Shown here piece after piece: positions 1-11,870 of a stretch of 64,000 nucleotides of DNA. The DNA is taken from NCBI GenBank assembly GCA_013239625.1, contig MU053574.1:1-64000 (forward strand), given 5' to 3'. The position numbers were made by a program, and so were the translations under genes. The stretch's first letter is position 1, and each line of letters starts with the position of its first letter. The notes below the pieces were generated by a model. That model did not search any database. It was given only the letters and a program-made list of their open reading frames with translations, and was not told the DNA's origin. Source of the stretch: Lama guanicoe. Taxonomy: Eukaryota.

Positions 1-110
1 ATGAGGGAGGCTGTGTATCTGCGGGTTAGGGAGTCTCTGAGGAATCTCTATGCCTTCCCCTCGATTTTTGCTGTTAACTTAAAACTGCATTAAAAAATAA
101 ACTCTTAATT
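1..110 (+). mobile_element. Old L1 (L1M) 3' end
   Basis: Typical L1M 3' terminus ending in A-rich aaaaaataaa. Confidence 0.6.
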
Positions 111-1330
111 TTTTTAAAAAGCATACAATTTGGTGAATTTTAATATATTCTCAAGGTTGTGTAATCATCAATACTATTTAATTCCAGAAACCTTTTCATC
201 ATCCTGAAGACCTTCTTTGTGCCTGTTAGTAGTCACTCCCAACGCCTCCCTCCCTCAGCCCCTGGCATTCAGTCATCGATGCTCTGTCCCTGTGGATTTG
301 CCAATTCTGGACTTTTCTTATAAATGGAATCATACAAAATGTGGTACTTTGTGTCTGACTTCTTTCATTTTGCATAATGTTTCAAGGTTTACCCATTTTG
401 TAATGTGTATTAATACTTCGTTAATTTTTATGACTGAATAGTGTTCCATTATATGAATAGCCCACTTCTGTTTATCACTTCATCGACTGATGGAAATTTG
501 AGTTGTTTCCACTTCAGGCTCTCAGGAGTGATGCTGCTCTATAAACACTCGCATACCGGCTTTCGTGTGGACATGTGCTTCCATTTCTCTTGGGGAGACA
601 CGGGGAAGTGCAAACTCCCAACCTATGTTTCTAAGCAGCTGCTCTGTTTATATTCCCACCAGGAGTGAAGAGGGAGGGTTCCCGTTTCTCTGAATCCTCT
701 TCAACACTTGCCATTATCTGAATTTTAAAAAATTATTGTTAGAGCCACACTAGTGTGTGTGTGAAGTGACATCCCCCTGTGGCTTTGATTTAAGTTTCCC
801 AAATGTCCGCTGCTCCGTCGCTGTCTCCACGTGTGCTTGCTGCCACCTGCGTGTCTTCTCGGGAGGGCCGCCATCCACGTGCACTGCGCGTTTTCACCGG
901 GCTGCGTGTGTTCTCAGCGCTGAGCTGTGGGAGCTCACTGTCTGCTCTGCACAGTAGCCCCTTATCAGAGACGCAGACGTTGTAAACATGTTCTCCCGGC
1001 CTGAGGATGGTCTTTTCCCTTCTTGATAGTGTCCCTTGATGCACAGTTTCAATTTTGGTGAAGTTCAATTGATCTATTTCTCTCTGGTTGCTTGTAGGTT
1101 GCGGGGGTGGGGCATACGTAAGAAACCATTGCCTGTTCCAAAACCATGAAGACTTAATCCTATGTTTTCCTCTAAGAGTTTTACAGTTTTAGGTCTCACA
1201 TCTTTGATCCATTTGGCTTAATTTTTACATACGGTGTGAGGTAAGGATTTGACTTCCTTCTGTGGCATGTGGATATCCAGCTATCCCAGCACCCCTGGTG
1301 CCAAAGACTATTTTTCCCCATTGTCTTGGC
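111..1330 (-). mobile_element. Old L1 3'UTR/ORF2 fragment, antisense
   Basis: T-rich L1 antisense hallmarks (tataaatggaatcatacaa; cctatgttttcctctaagagttttacagttttag; cccagcacc). Confidence 0.8.
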
Positions 1331-1879
1331 AGCTCAACTAACATTTGCACTTGTGTTTGGGGGTGTGGTTTGACTTACAGTTCCTTGGAGATGCTCTCTA
1401 CCCAGAAGTTGTTTATCTTTGGCTGGAGGGGCTTCACCTGGTGCATATGTAGACTGGTTTTAGTGAGGTGCTCTGTGGGTCTCTCCGGTAATTCCTGTGC
1501 TTAACTTCTTTTTCTCTGGCTCTTTGCTCAACTCACTCTCATCATCCCAGAGCCCCAAAGCCCAGTCTTTGTCTCCTCTGCTCAGCATGGCTGCCTTGCT
1601 CTGCTGGAATTCCCTTCTCTGTGCCGCGGTGTTGAAATTCCCTCCTGACTTTCAGCTGCAGGGATAATGGCTCACCTCACTTGTTTTCCCTCAGGATCAT
1701 AGCTTCGCATTGTCTGCCGGCCAATGTCTAGAAACAATCCTTTCGTATATTTGGACCCGTTTTCTCTTTGCAGTGGGCACGTAAGTCCACCCCTGTTACT
1801 CCCGATGGCTGGGTAGACCTCGTTGCACTATCGTTCTGGCCTAGATCATGTCTGTATCTTTCTGGCTGGTTTCTCCGTC

Positions 1880-2372
1880 TTTGTATTTGCTCTGCCTCCA
1901 TCCTATCCTCAACGTGGCGACTGGGGTGACCCTTTAAAGCCATAAAGCACGCCTGGACTTTGCAAACTGTCCCTGTGGGGTCTCCATTTCTTGGAGCACA
2001 TGATAAAGTCCTCATGGGGGCCTGCCCTCCTGACACCACTGGTCACCCACCTGTCTGACTCACCTGTGGCCAGTCTTCCCTTGGTCATCTGCCCCAGGCC
2101 CTCTGCCCTCCCCTGTGTCCCTGGAACACACCCGACACTCTCGCACCTGAAGATCTGCACTGAATGTTCTTTCCACCTGGAAGCCTCTTCCACCTGCCGA
2201 TTTCATGGCTCATTTCCTCCAATGTCTTTACAGTGTGTGCAAATGTCTCCCTGGGGAGGCCGTCTCAGACCCGCCACTTACAATGTAAACGGCCCCCTTG
2301 TCCCCACACTTCCTACTCCACCCGTTCCACTTTGACTTTTCCCCTTAGCACTTATCACCTTTTAAAATAATA
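1880..2372 (+). mobile_element. L2 fragment
   Basis: Pyrimidine-rich L2 3'-region pattern ending cttagcacttatcacc. Confidence 0.55.
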
Positions 2373-3255
2373 TATAATTATATGAATCAGCCTTCAGATC
2401 AGGACACAGAAGCCATTCAATAGGCTGGGCAGGGATGGTCTGTAGAATGAACAATGAACTGTGAAGAACTACAGAGAAGAGCCCAGGGCTACAGCAGAGC
2501 GGCTAAGGAAGGGTCAGGCTGGGGAGAAGGCCCCTCCCCAGGGCTGGGTCCAGATCTTGTTGAAGAAGGGGAGACTGAAACCCGAGGGATGGTGGGCAAG
2601 CTCGCTGGGTCACGGTGGGCCAGAGCTGGTCCACGGTCAGGACAGAGGCCGGCAGGTAGGCAAGCACAGGCTGAGACTGGCAAGCAGGAGGCCTCTCTCC
2701 TCTCCCAGGGGCGGGTGCGCTGAGGCTGGGAATCCTGCAGGGCTCACCGGGAATCCACTTGTCCAGGTGCCTCTGACTCTCCGCAGGAAGCCATCCCTGG
2801 GGATTCCCTGCATCAGCGTGCTGAGTGGCGGTGGACACCCCCGACTGGTGCCGCTGTTAGTCATCCAGCAGGAGAGAGAGAAAGAATGAAACGGAAGCAC
2901 CCCGGACCCGGGAAGGAGGCCCCTTCGTCCTAAGCCTCCTACCAACAAAGCTTAACTCGCAGCAGGTGCAAAAGAGGCGTGTCTGCTGGGTCCGGCCCCA
3001 TCGCTGCAGAGCAGGCAGCGGAGGACGGTGCACTGACGCTGCATCACAGAGGCAGCCCATTGACAGCGGCTCCGTAGGCGCTTGCTGACGTTTTCTGTGC
3101 TTGTACCTCCTTCCTGCCTTTGTTGTGAGAGCTGCAGTAAGCTTTCTGAGGAGAGCACATAGTTGTATCACAGCTTTTAATCCATTCTGCCCACCCCCGG
3201 TCTGCTTTGTGTACTTCGTCCTTTACTTTTGGCAGAATTATGAACGTGTTAGGGC

Positions 3256-3363
3256 TTGTATTCATTTCCTAGAGCTGCTGTACCAAAGTGCCACATATGA
3301 CATGGGTTAAAACACAAAAATTCATTCTCTCACAGCTCTAGAAGCCAGTAGTCTGAGGTCAAG
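3256..3363. mobile_element. MaLR (MLT1) LTR fragment
   Basis: tgtattcatttcctagagctgctgtaccaaagtgccac...ttctctcacagctctagaagccag resembles MLT1 terminus. Confidence 0.65.
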
Positions 3364-6045
3364 TGAGACGGGGAGGGAGAACATGCAGTCAAATGCGTGT
3401 TCATGAGGAGGTCACCACTGTGGGCACGGGGACTCGGTCCTCCTAAGCACCTCCGAGAAGTGGGTGGGACCAGTCAGATGTCCCACTGGGGAGCAAGGAG
3501 CCCGGGACGGGTAGCCCTGAGCTCCCATCCGTTGCACTGGGTGTGTTAATTCGCCTGCACATCCGCTCTCACCCCGTGTGTCAGGGGAGACACAGAAGGA
3601 AGGATGCAGGCAGTTGAAACGGGAAGCCATGGTCCTGTCGGGGGCAGGGACTGTGTCCTCCAGCTGCAGGAGGGGCTGGAGGGGGGATCGGCGCCATCAA
3701 TCACAGTCCACCCCTCGCCCTGCTCCGATGCACCCCTGCCCCGTATTGAGTGGTTCTGGCCAGCGCTGGAGCTGAGGCTCCAGGGTAGTGATGGCCACAG
3801 CCCCTCAAGTGATGTGAATGGACGGCTAGCGGAGCAGCTGCAGTCCCGCTGAGCAGCCGTTCTTGGACCCTCTGTGTAGGCATCCTGCCTCCCCTCTCCC
3901 TTCTACACGCCCCTCAGCCCCAGCCGGCGTGCCCTCTGGTCTGGTGTTTGCTAGGTGGGGCCGTCAAAACCTTCTGATACCCAAATACCAAGGAAAGCAA
4001 GACACTGTCCACTTCAGTGAGGCACCCGGGAGGTGGCAGCACCGAGACTCGAAGGCGAGACTCAGCAGAGCGGTGACAGCCGGGGCTGTGGAGGGGGCAG
4101 CCCCCGGCAGCCACATCACGAAGGGGTGCAGAACCAGAGAAAGGTCCCGGCCATGGCACTGCGGCAGGGCTGTGTCCCCCCTCCTGCCCCCCATCTGCCA
4201 GTGGGGTCCACCCTCAGTGGCGCACATCCAGTGTCCAGAAAGCACACAGTTGGAGAACTGGGCAGCATTCAGCCCGCTGGGGCACAGGGCACGGGGGTGG
4301 AGGACGGGAGCCCTGGAAAGCTCAGCCACCCCAAGCAGAGGGTTCAGGGGCGGGGGCCCCCTTGTTCTCTCGGTGAGACCTGCGTGTTGTTCCAGTGTTT
4401 CCTCGAGGATTGAATTAAACTGGTCCCTGTCATAGACGCTGAGAGCAGTGACTCCCACATAACAGCCTGACTGCGTGCTCCCTGGGCACCATCGGGAGGC
4501 GCAGGGAGCAGAGGAAGCTCTCCCGTCGACGAGGAGACTCAGCCCGGCCGCTCACCTCCGGCCCACCACGGGGGGCGGGCGAGGCGGGGGCTTTCTGCTC
4601 AGCCGCACCTTCCAAGCTGGAGTGATTCCCGGATCATGCCAGCGCTTTCAGTGAAGCCCCAGGGGGAGAGAAAGGGCCAACTCTTATTGTTTAGCCAGTG
4701 CTTGGGGTGGACAACCTACAGCAGCATCCAACCTCGGGCCAAAGAGGCACAAAGACACCATGTGTGACCCCAGCACCTGCCCGCAGGGCCCGGGTCAGCC
4801 GTGGGTCTCAGGGAGGTGTTCGGGCTCGGGAACTGCAGGGCCGGGGACGGAGAAGCCCAGGTTCCTGCTCGGGACGTGGCCGGGGCCGAGGCCAGCAGGG
4901 CCGGGGCCCAGGGAGGCCCAGCCGCGACGGCAGCACAGACTCGCACGGGGCCGCCTTGGACTCTTCCAGCCCGTTTATCCGAAAGGAGTAAGATGCGAGG
5001 CCTGTCTTGGGTGACGTGGGGGCCAAAGCTGATGGGGGAGAAGCTCCCAGGTGGCCGGGATTCTAGAAGCATGAAGTTCAGGGGCTGGACAGGCTCCCCG
5101 GACCCACGCGCTCTGAGCCTCCTGCGGGCTGGGAAGGCCCGTCACTCGTCCTCCGGGGAGCCCGCGCCGTGGCCCAGAGCCGCGGGAGCTGAGGGGCCCC
5201 CGCTGGAGAGGAGTCCACTGAGGCTCCGGAGACGAGTCGCGGGCTTATCCCTTCAGGGCCAAATATCCAGCGACCCCCTGCCAGGTGGCGGGAGCTCCTC
5301 CCTCACCAGCCAGCAAACCGCAGGAATCAAGCCCCTGCTTTGGGGAGTTGCGGTCGGAACAGGGGTGCCAGGCCGTGGACACGCGTGCGCGGAAGCGAGC
5401 CGGCCCGCCCGGAGAGAACCGCGCGCCCTCCCGGGAACGGCCGGCGCCCGGAGCCCGAGCCAGGGGCCCCGGGGAGGCCATGGCGCTCCTCCCTGGGCCT
5501 GCGGGGAACTCCCTGAGGAGACGGCACTGAGACTGAGCCCAGGCCACGAAGTAGTGCCCCGCCCCCAGGCAGCTCTGGGGTTTGCATCCCAGGCCCAGAG
5601 CCAGGAGCGCAGAGCATCAGGGCCGGGGCGGGGGCGTGCTTGGTCCCCGGGACCCCGGGGCCCTCAGCCAAGTGCACCCCGCAGGCCTGCAGCGCTAAAG
5701 GCCAGTCCCTCTCTTCTCCCAGGTGAGCCATGCTGAAGATCCCAGCCGGGGCACTGGGAGGTCGGGGGTGGGAGGGAGGGTCAGGAATCCAAGGCCTGTG
5801 CTCTGTGCCGAGCGCACACCCGTCCGTGCTGACAGCATACCCCTGCCGATGGCGCACCTGTGGGTTTGCGCCCTTGGGCGGGGCAGCAGCGTTATGCGTC
5901 CTTCGTTGTGGGGTGGCTCTTAATGGTCACTCAGCAGAGTCCAACAATAACCACGAGCCGCCTTCCCGATGCAGAACTGGCCGGGATGCTGTGTGGGAGG
6001 GACGTGGTCTGTGCCAGGTGCTCAGGTGCCAGCAGCTCAGATGGG

Positions 6046-6051
6046 TATAAA
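6046..6051 (+). promoter_or_regulatory. OBP2B: TATA box of lipocalin gene
   Basis: TATAAA 87 bp upstream of the ATG at 6133. Confidence 0.8.
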
Positions 6052-6132
6052 CTGCAGCCTGGTGTGGAGCCGGCACAGCCTCACCCAGACCCCAGGTGAC
6101 CTGCCGGCAGCTGCGAGCGCAGAGCCCCGGAG

Positions 6133-6222
6133 ATGAAGGCCCTGTTCCTGATCGTCACTCTCAGCCTGCTTGCTGCCCTGGAGGCACAGGACCCCCTGTC
6201 CTTCCCCTTGGAGACACAGGAT
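6133..6222 (+). CDS. OBP2B: Odorant-binding protein 2b-like lipocalin, coding exon 1 (signal peptide MKALFLIVTLSLLAALEAQDPLSFPLETQD)
   Basis: Hydrophobic signal peptide; GT donor at 6223, phase 0. The six coding exons total 534 nt = 177 aa + stop with consistent phases. Confidence 0.9.
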
Positions 6223-6589
6223 GTGAGCCTGGGAGGGCGAGGCGGGCAGGTGGAGCGACAGGCGGACTGCCTGTAGGCGGCAGTCCCAGGGGCCCTGTCT
6301 TAGGAAGGGTCACTGAAGGTTGGCTATGCCTGTGCTCTCTGCAGGAAGGGGTCAGATGGAGCAGGAGAGCAGATTTGTGGGGTCACAGACACTCCCTGCC
6401 TCTGTTCGGGGCCGGGAGCCCTGGGTTCCGGGCTTGTTCTGACTGAGCGAGGGGTGTGGGCACGAGACAACCCAGACTGCCTTTAGTAGGGGCTGCAGCT
6501 GGGCGCTGGGGGGCTGGGGCGCTGGGTGAGGAGGAGAATATGGGCCACGCTGGGGTGGACTCAGGGGCTCAGGACCCCCATCTGCTCAG

Positions 6590-6723
6590 ATCACAGGGAC
6601 ATGGTATGTGAACGCCATAGTGGCCGACAATGACCTGCCTAAGGAGAGGAGGCCCAGGAAAGTGTCCCCTGTGACAGTGACAGCCCTGGACGGTGGGGAC
6701 CTGGAGATAATGTTCACTTTCCT
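6590..6723 (+). CDS. OBP2B: OBP2B-like exon 2 (ITGTWYVNAIVADNDLPKERRPRKVSPVTVTALDGGDLEIMFTF)
   Basis: Lipocalin GxW motif; close to recalled human OBP2B ITGTWYVKAMVVDKDFPEDRRPRKVSPVKVTAL; AG/GT boundaries. Confidence 0.93.
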
Positions 6724-6986
6724 GTGAGTGTCACCCACTGTGGGCCCTGCTCCCCGCTTCCCTCCCCCTGCCCTGGCCTAGGGGTGGCCTCCAGGTGCCT
6801 CCTCCCATCCCAGTTGGGTGTTGGTAAAATGCATGTCCCCTTGACCTTGAGGGGAAAGAGTCCTGGGCAGCAGGGGCAATGGTGGAATTTCTGGGGACAC
6901 TGGGTAGAGGCCCACGTGTCAGGTGAGCTCAGGTGGGCGCAGGTGTGTTTGCTGAGCATGGCTTCCTTGCTCCGCCCGTCTCCCAG

Positions 6987-7057
6987 GAAACAGGGTCAGT
7001 GCCATGAGAAGAGAGAGGTGATGCAGCCAACTGAGGAGCCCGGCAAATACAGTGCCT
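6987..7057 (+). CDS. OBP2B: OBP2B-like exon 3 (KQGQCHEKREVMQPTEEPGKYSA)
   Basis: Conserved Cys and TEEPGKYSA motif; 71 nt; AG/GT; phases fit. Confidence 0.93.
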
Positions 7058-7570
7058 GTGAGTCCCGGCCCAGCCCCCTCCAGAGCCCAGGCCTCCCCCT
7101 GGGGGTCCCTGTCCCCTCTCAGGAGATGCTCACCTCCCTTCCCAGGGGTCTCGGCCTGATGTCAGACACCAGATGGGACAGGTTTGTCCACATCAGGGAT
7201 GAAGGGACCACGCCCTCCCTCTGGGTGGTCCTGGCTGTTCCCCCCCCCCAAGGGGAGCTAAGGGGTACAGCTGCAGAAGAGGGCGGGGCAGCTCTGGAGC
7301 GTCCAGCCGCAGCCTCTAAGTCCTCCAGCCTCTCCTGACTCCACGGCTCTAGCTGAGACCTTGCCAGGAGGAGGCTCCTCCCCACGTCAGGGTCACTGCT
7401 GGGGCAGCAGCATGTCCTGGGCACAGGCCCACTTGGCACCTGGGTGACAGGGAGCTCGGTACTGCCGGGGTGGCAAGAAGCGGGAACATTCGAGTGTTCC
7501 TTAATGCGGTCTCAGATATCTTCTCTAGGAACTGAGACACAAAGGACCCATTTCTCCCTTCTGTCTGCAG

Positions 7571-7681
7571 ATGGGGGCAGGAAGCACGTGTACATCTTTG
7601 AGCTGCCAGTGGAGGACCACTACGTCTTTTACTGCGAGGCCCAGCGCCATGGCAAACAGTTCAGAGCGGGGAAACTCTTAG
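7571..7681 (+). CDS. OBP2B: OBP2B-like exon 4 (YGGRKHVYIFELPVEDHYVFYCEAQRHGKQFRAGKLL)
   Basis: DHYxFYC motif; 111 nt; AG/GT. Confidence 0.93.
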   Translation: MGAGSTCTSLSCQWRTTTSFTARPSAMANSSERGNS

Positions 7682-8316
7682 GTGAGGGGCTGCCATCCTG
7701 GGCCCTCGGAGACCCGCACCTCCTGACCCGGCCCTTCAGGCTCTGCTTCCAGAAGCCAGCGGAACCGGCATCAGCCACATCCCGGTCCAGAACATGAACA
7801 AGTGGTGGTCCTTGTGTGTCTGGCCCAGTTTACTTCCCCGGGTGGCTGGTCTGAGCTCCCTCAGTGACCTGACCACTCACGGGGTGGATTCCAGCCACTG
7901 CTGCTGCAAAGAGCCGCTTCCCGGGGTCTCGGACGCGGGGCTGGTCAGCGTGTTGCTGATGGAGGCTTTTTCCCAACAAGGACCCTCCAGGGTGAGGGTC
8001 AAGTCCAAGAATTCTCTGGTCAGAGGGCAGCACGTTCCTCTGGGTAAGGGATGTGACCCTACAGGTCAGCCTCGGAAGCCAGCCTGGGGCCCCCCGGAGC
8101 CCTCACAGACGCAGGGCGTCCCCACTGCTACCCCCCTTCCTGGGGATGTGTCAGCTGGGTGGGGGCCTGCCTCCTCTGGGCCTGCTCTGTTTCCACTCCC
8201 CGGCTGAGCGCCCCTCCTGCCCTCGGACACTCCAGGGTGAACCCTGGTGTGGGGGGGGCCCCTGCTCCCTGGATCTGCTCCCCAAGTCTGGGGCTCACCT
8301 GGTGCCCGGCCTGCAG

Positions 8317-8418
8317 GCAGGAATCCCGACGTGAACCAGGAAGCCCTGGATGCTTTTAAGAAGTTCACGCAGTGCAAGGGATTACCCCAGGAGGACATCT
8401 TCACTCCTGCACTGATGG
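8317..8418 (+). CDS. OBP2B: OBP2B-like exon 5 (GRNPDVNQEALDAFKKFTQCKGLPQEDIFTPALM)
   Basis: GR motif and C-terminal helix; 102 nt; AG/GT. Confidence 0.93.
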
Positions 8419-8588
8419 GTAAGGGGACGGCCCTGCTGTGTCCCCGTGCCCCTCCCTGTGTCCTCTCCTCTTTCTCCACGCAGCCCATGACCCTCCTGCC
8501 CCTTCCCTGGCGCCTGCGTGGGGTGGGGAGGGGCCTTGGCCCTTGTCCCGGCGTCTCCTAATCCCCGGCTCTGTCTTGGTCTCTACAG

Positions 8589-8614
8589 AAAGCTGCGATC
8601 CTGAAAGTGATTAG
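8589..8614 (+). CDS. OBP2B: OBP2B-like exon 6 (ESCDPESD*)
   Basis: Terminal disulfide Cys; TAG at 8612-8614; donor GT at 8616. Confidence 0.88.
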
Positions 8615-8967
8615 GGTGAGTGACCTTGAAGCAAACCAGAGTCCTGGGTCCAGTGGGACGTCAGGGGCCACCCCAAGCTGCAGGCAGGAGGGGCCCGGCC
8701 TGAGCCAGGAGGGACTTCTCTGCTCCGAGACCCCTCTGGAACGGGACCCTCCCTTCGATGTCTGTTCCTGAGCTTCATTCCCAGACATTTAGGCCCCCTC
8801 TCTGCTCCCCCAGTGTCTGCTGGGTTCACTGCTGTGCACTCGGGAACACAGGGTCTGTCCCCACCCACCCGTGCACCTGGGGAGCTGGATTCTGCCCCCT
8901 AGTGGCCTGAATCTGCCCTCCCCCTTCCCCTCCTGGCCTCACTGACTGCCCCCCCTTTCCACGGCAG

Positions 8968-9150
8968 GGGCACCGAGTCTCCACAGCAGCCCCGGGGCCG
9001 CCCCACCGGGACCCTCTGTCGTGGAGGACATGGAAGGGGTCCTGTCCCGGGGGCCTGGGCTGCTCCGCCCCCTCTGGCCCCCCCACTTCCTCCCCTAGCC
9101 CCCCACCCCTCTCCTGGCTTCACATAAAGAGCTTCCGCATCCTCCGTGGC
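8968..9150 (+). other. OBP2B: Probable non-coding terminal exon 7 of the lipocalin, with variant poly(A) signal CATAAA (9123-9128)
   Basis: Pyrimidine tract + CAG at 8965-8967; a donor follows the stop exon; 7-exon layout is typical of LCN1/OBP2 genes. 3' end is approximate. Confidence 0.6.
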
Positions 9151-11459
9151 TCTGCCTGTCTGTGGGGTCCCTCAGGTGGGCTGGGACCAGGAGGGGGTGT
9201 GGACGCAGTGGGGGAGGGTGGGAGGACCCCTGCTGTCCTGGGTCTCCCTGGTCCTGTCTCAGTCCAGGAGGCATGAGGGTCAGGGGAGAGGTGGGTGCCG
9301 GCAGCCCTGCCCGAGGTCCCATGGGGGCTCCTGCAGGTCTGACGCCCGTGAAGCTCAGGGTCTCCCTGGTCCTGGGGGTGGGGGGAGGGCTGTGAGGATG
9401 ACAGGGTCAGCTCCAGTCCCCAGGTGGGGTCACCTGTGCAGGTGGGAATGGCCTGGCCCCTAGCTCCCCACTGGCTGGAGGCCGAGGTAGGAGTGAGGGG
9501 AGCCCCCAGTGGAGGATGCAGGAAGGCGCCAGGCTGGTCCAGGCCCACCAGGTTGGGGACAGCAGGACACGGGGACCCCAGCTGGGGTGGGATTCCACTC
9601 CTGCCCCTTCCCCCACTCCTGGCTGGACACAGGCGCTGCCCCCGGGGAGGGAATCACTTCAGCAGTGACCTTGCCCGCATATTCTGACGCCAACACCGCA
9701 GTTTCCCAAAATCACCCTGGGGCTTGGTGATGCGTTGCCTGACAGCCAGGCAACAGCGTCCAGGGTCTCCTCTCTCGTGGTGGGAGGGTGACCCCAGACC
9801 AACCTCCCTGGAGACTGGGGACAAGGGGGCTCCCTCCACTTAGGTGCACCTTCCCAAGTCCCAGGCCCACAGCCCCCCGTCGGGGAGGCCAGCCTTCCCG
9901 GGCCCCTCCTGGGCACAGCAGGCCCCGCACGCAGATGCTGGGGCTCAGGCACTTCCCTCCCTGACAAAGAGACGCCAGATGGGGCTCCCCGGCAGTGCAA
10001 GCCCCTCACCAGTCTGGGGGTGTCTGGGGGTCCGGCCACCTCAGGCTTTGGTGGTGAGTGTCCCACTTTCTGCAATGACAACTCTCCTGGCCCCACTGTC
10101 CCTGCAATGGTGTGAGGCCATCAAACTGGGTGCCTGGTGGGGGGACCCGGTGAACAGTGCCTGGTCCACTGGCCCCTGTCCTGGGATCTGGGCCCTGGAC
10201 CATTTGTCTGCCTGGTGCTACCCTGCCCCTAAGCAGTGGGTCCCCTCTGACCTGGCTGCCCCCAAGGGGCTGTGCAGAGAAGGGGCTGGCGCCTGGCCAG
10301 GGCCAGGGCTTAACGATCAAGGGCTAAGACTCGGGCTGGGGGTGCTGGACCCGACAGGAGACAGTCCTCCTCAGATCTGCCCGGGAGGCCTCCCTCCACC
10401 TGGAGAAGCCTGGGCGGAGCTGGGGGTCTCTGCGCCCAGCGCCTGGGCTTCCAAGGAGCCTACTTTGGGGTCCATCTTCCTGGCCAAGGGCAGCAGGTTC
10501 CCCCGTGGAGACGCTCTCTTCTGTCTGGGAGCCCGAGCCCGGCAGCCCGCTCCCCAGCGCCGTCCGCACCTCCCCACCCCGGCCCGGCCTGCAGGGCGTC
10601 CAGGTGCGGGCTCCGGGCTGGGCCGTGGGCTGCAGGGAGGCCCGGACCCCGCAGGGCCCTCGTGTCCGGGGAGGACGGTCAGGGCTGAGATGAGCGGGGA
10701 AGCAGCGCGATCTGAACAGAATCCTACAGCCCGCACTTCCCAGGGGACGGGCCCCGGAGGCCCCGGAGGACCTCAGCCTCTCAGAGGCAGCTGGCGTCGT
10801 GGGGCCCACATCCTGCCATCGGGCCACTGTGCTTTGTCCCCACCCGGGCCTGGTTCTGGGGCAGAGGCCGAGGAGTGGCCCTGAAGCAAGAGCAGCCCCG
10901 TAGGCTGGACTGACCCTCACAGCTTCCCCGCCACTGTCCCTGCCCACTGCCCCTCCCCCTGACACCCCTACCCTGGTCTCAGCAGTTCCCAGGGTGAGGA
11001 GACCCAGCCCTTCCGTCCTGCACACACGCCGGGTCAGGTGGCCAGTGTGTGTCCTCGCTCGGTCACTCACATGGGAGGGAGCACCTTGCCAGTGCAGAGT
11101 TGCTGCCCGACTCCTGAGTCTGGTTAGAAGTTGTCAGGAACGATCACTGGAGCCTGGATCTCGCTGTCTCCTCCCAGGAGGGACCTGGCTCAGTGTCCAC
11201 AGCACTTACAAGGCCCTGCTGTCCACTCAGCAGACAGCGATGACCCGCAGCCGAGGGGCTGGCTCTGTGGGACTCGCTGACATTCACCCACCTCTCCTGG
11301 GGTCAACATCAAGGCGTCCCAGCCCGTAAGTGGGGGTGGCCCAGGCCACACAGTCAGCAAAGGACGGGGGTCACTGCGCCTTCGCTCCGTGTCAAGCTCA
11401 GAAACTCCAGGCAGCCCCTCCCCCCTTTCTGAGAGGCACAGCCCCAGAGTGGCCCCCTC

Positions 11460-11870
11460 CACTATCTAATTCCAGAATATTCTCATCACCCTGAAACGTT
11501 CCTCCTTCCTCTCCACAGTCCTCCCCCTTTCCTCCCTCCCTCCCCCGCACCCCTGGAAATCACTAATCTGCTCTCCATCCCTGGGGATTTACCCACTGTG
11601 CATATTTCTTATCAGCAGAATCACGCAATCCCGGGCCTTTGGCGTCTGCCTTCACCCAGCGTGACGTTTCAGGCTCATCCACGTGGCAGGTGTGTCAGGA
11701 CTGCATCCTTCTGTGGCTGAGGGATATCCCACTGCGGATGGACCACCTCTGGGATCTGTTCTCTGCTTGACGGACACTAGGGCTGTTCTCATCTTTTGGT
11801 TGCAGTGAATAAAGCCACAAAGAACATCCTTGTTCATGGACTTGCCTGAGTCCCTGGTTGCACTTCTTCT
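11460..11870 (-). mobile_element. Old L1 3'UTR fragment, antisense
   Basis: ctaattccagaatattctcatcaccc...aatcactaatctgctctc pattern. Confidence 0.65.

Noticed and set aside
4801..5736. 311-aa ORF in GC-rich DNA upstream of the lipocalin
   Set aside because: Non-ATG start, low-complexity G/P/A/R composition, no recognisable domain; expected by chance in GC-rich sequence.
9844..10884. 346-aa ORF
   Set aside because: Non-ATG start, no recognisable homology, overlapped by similarly long ORFs in other frames and strands.
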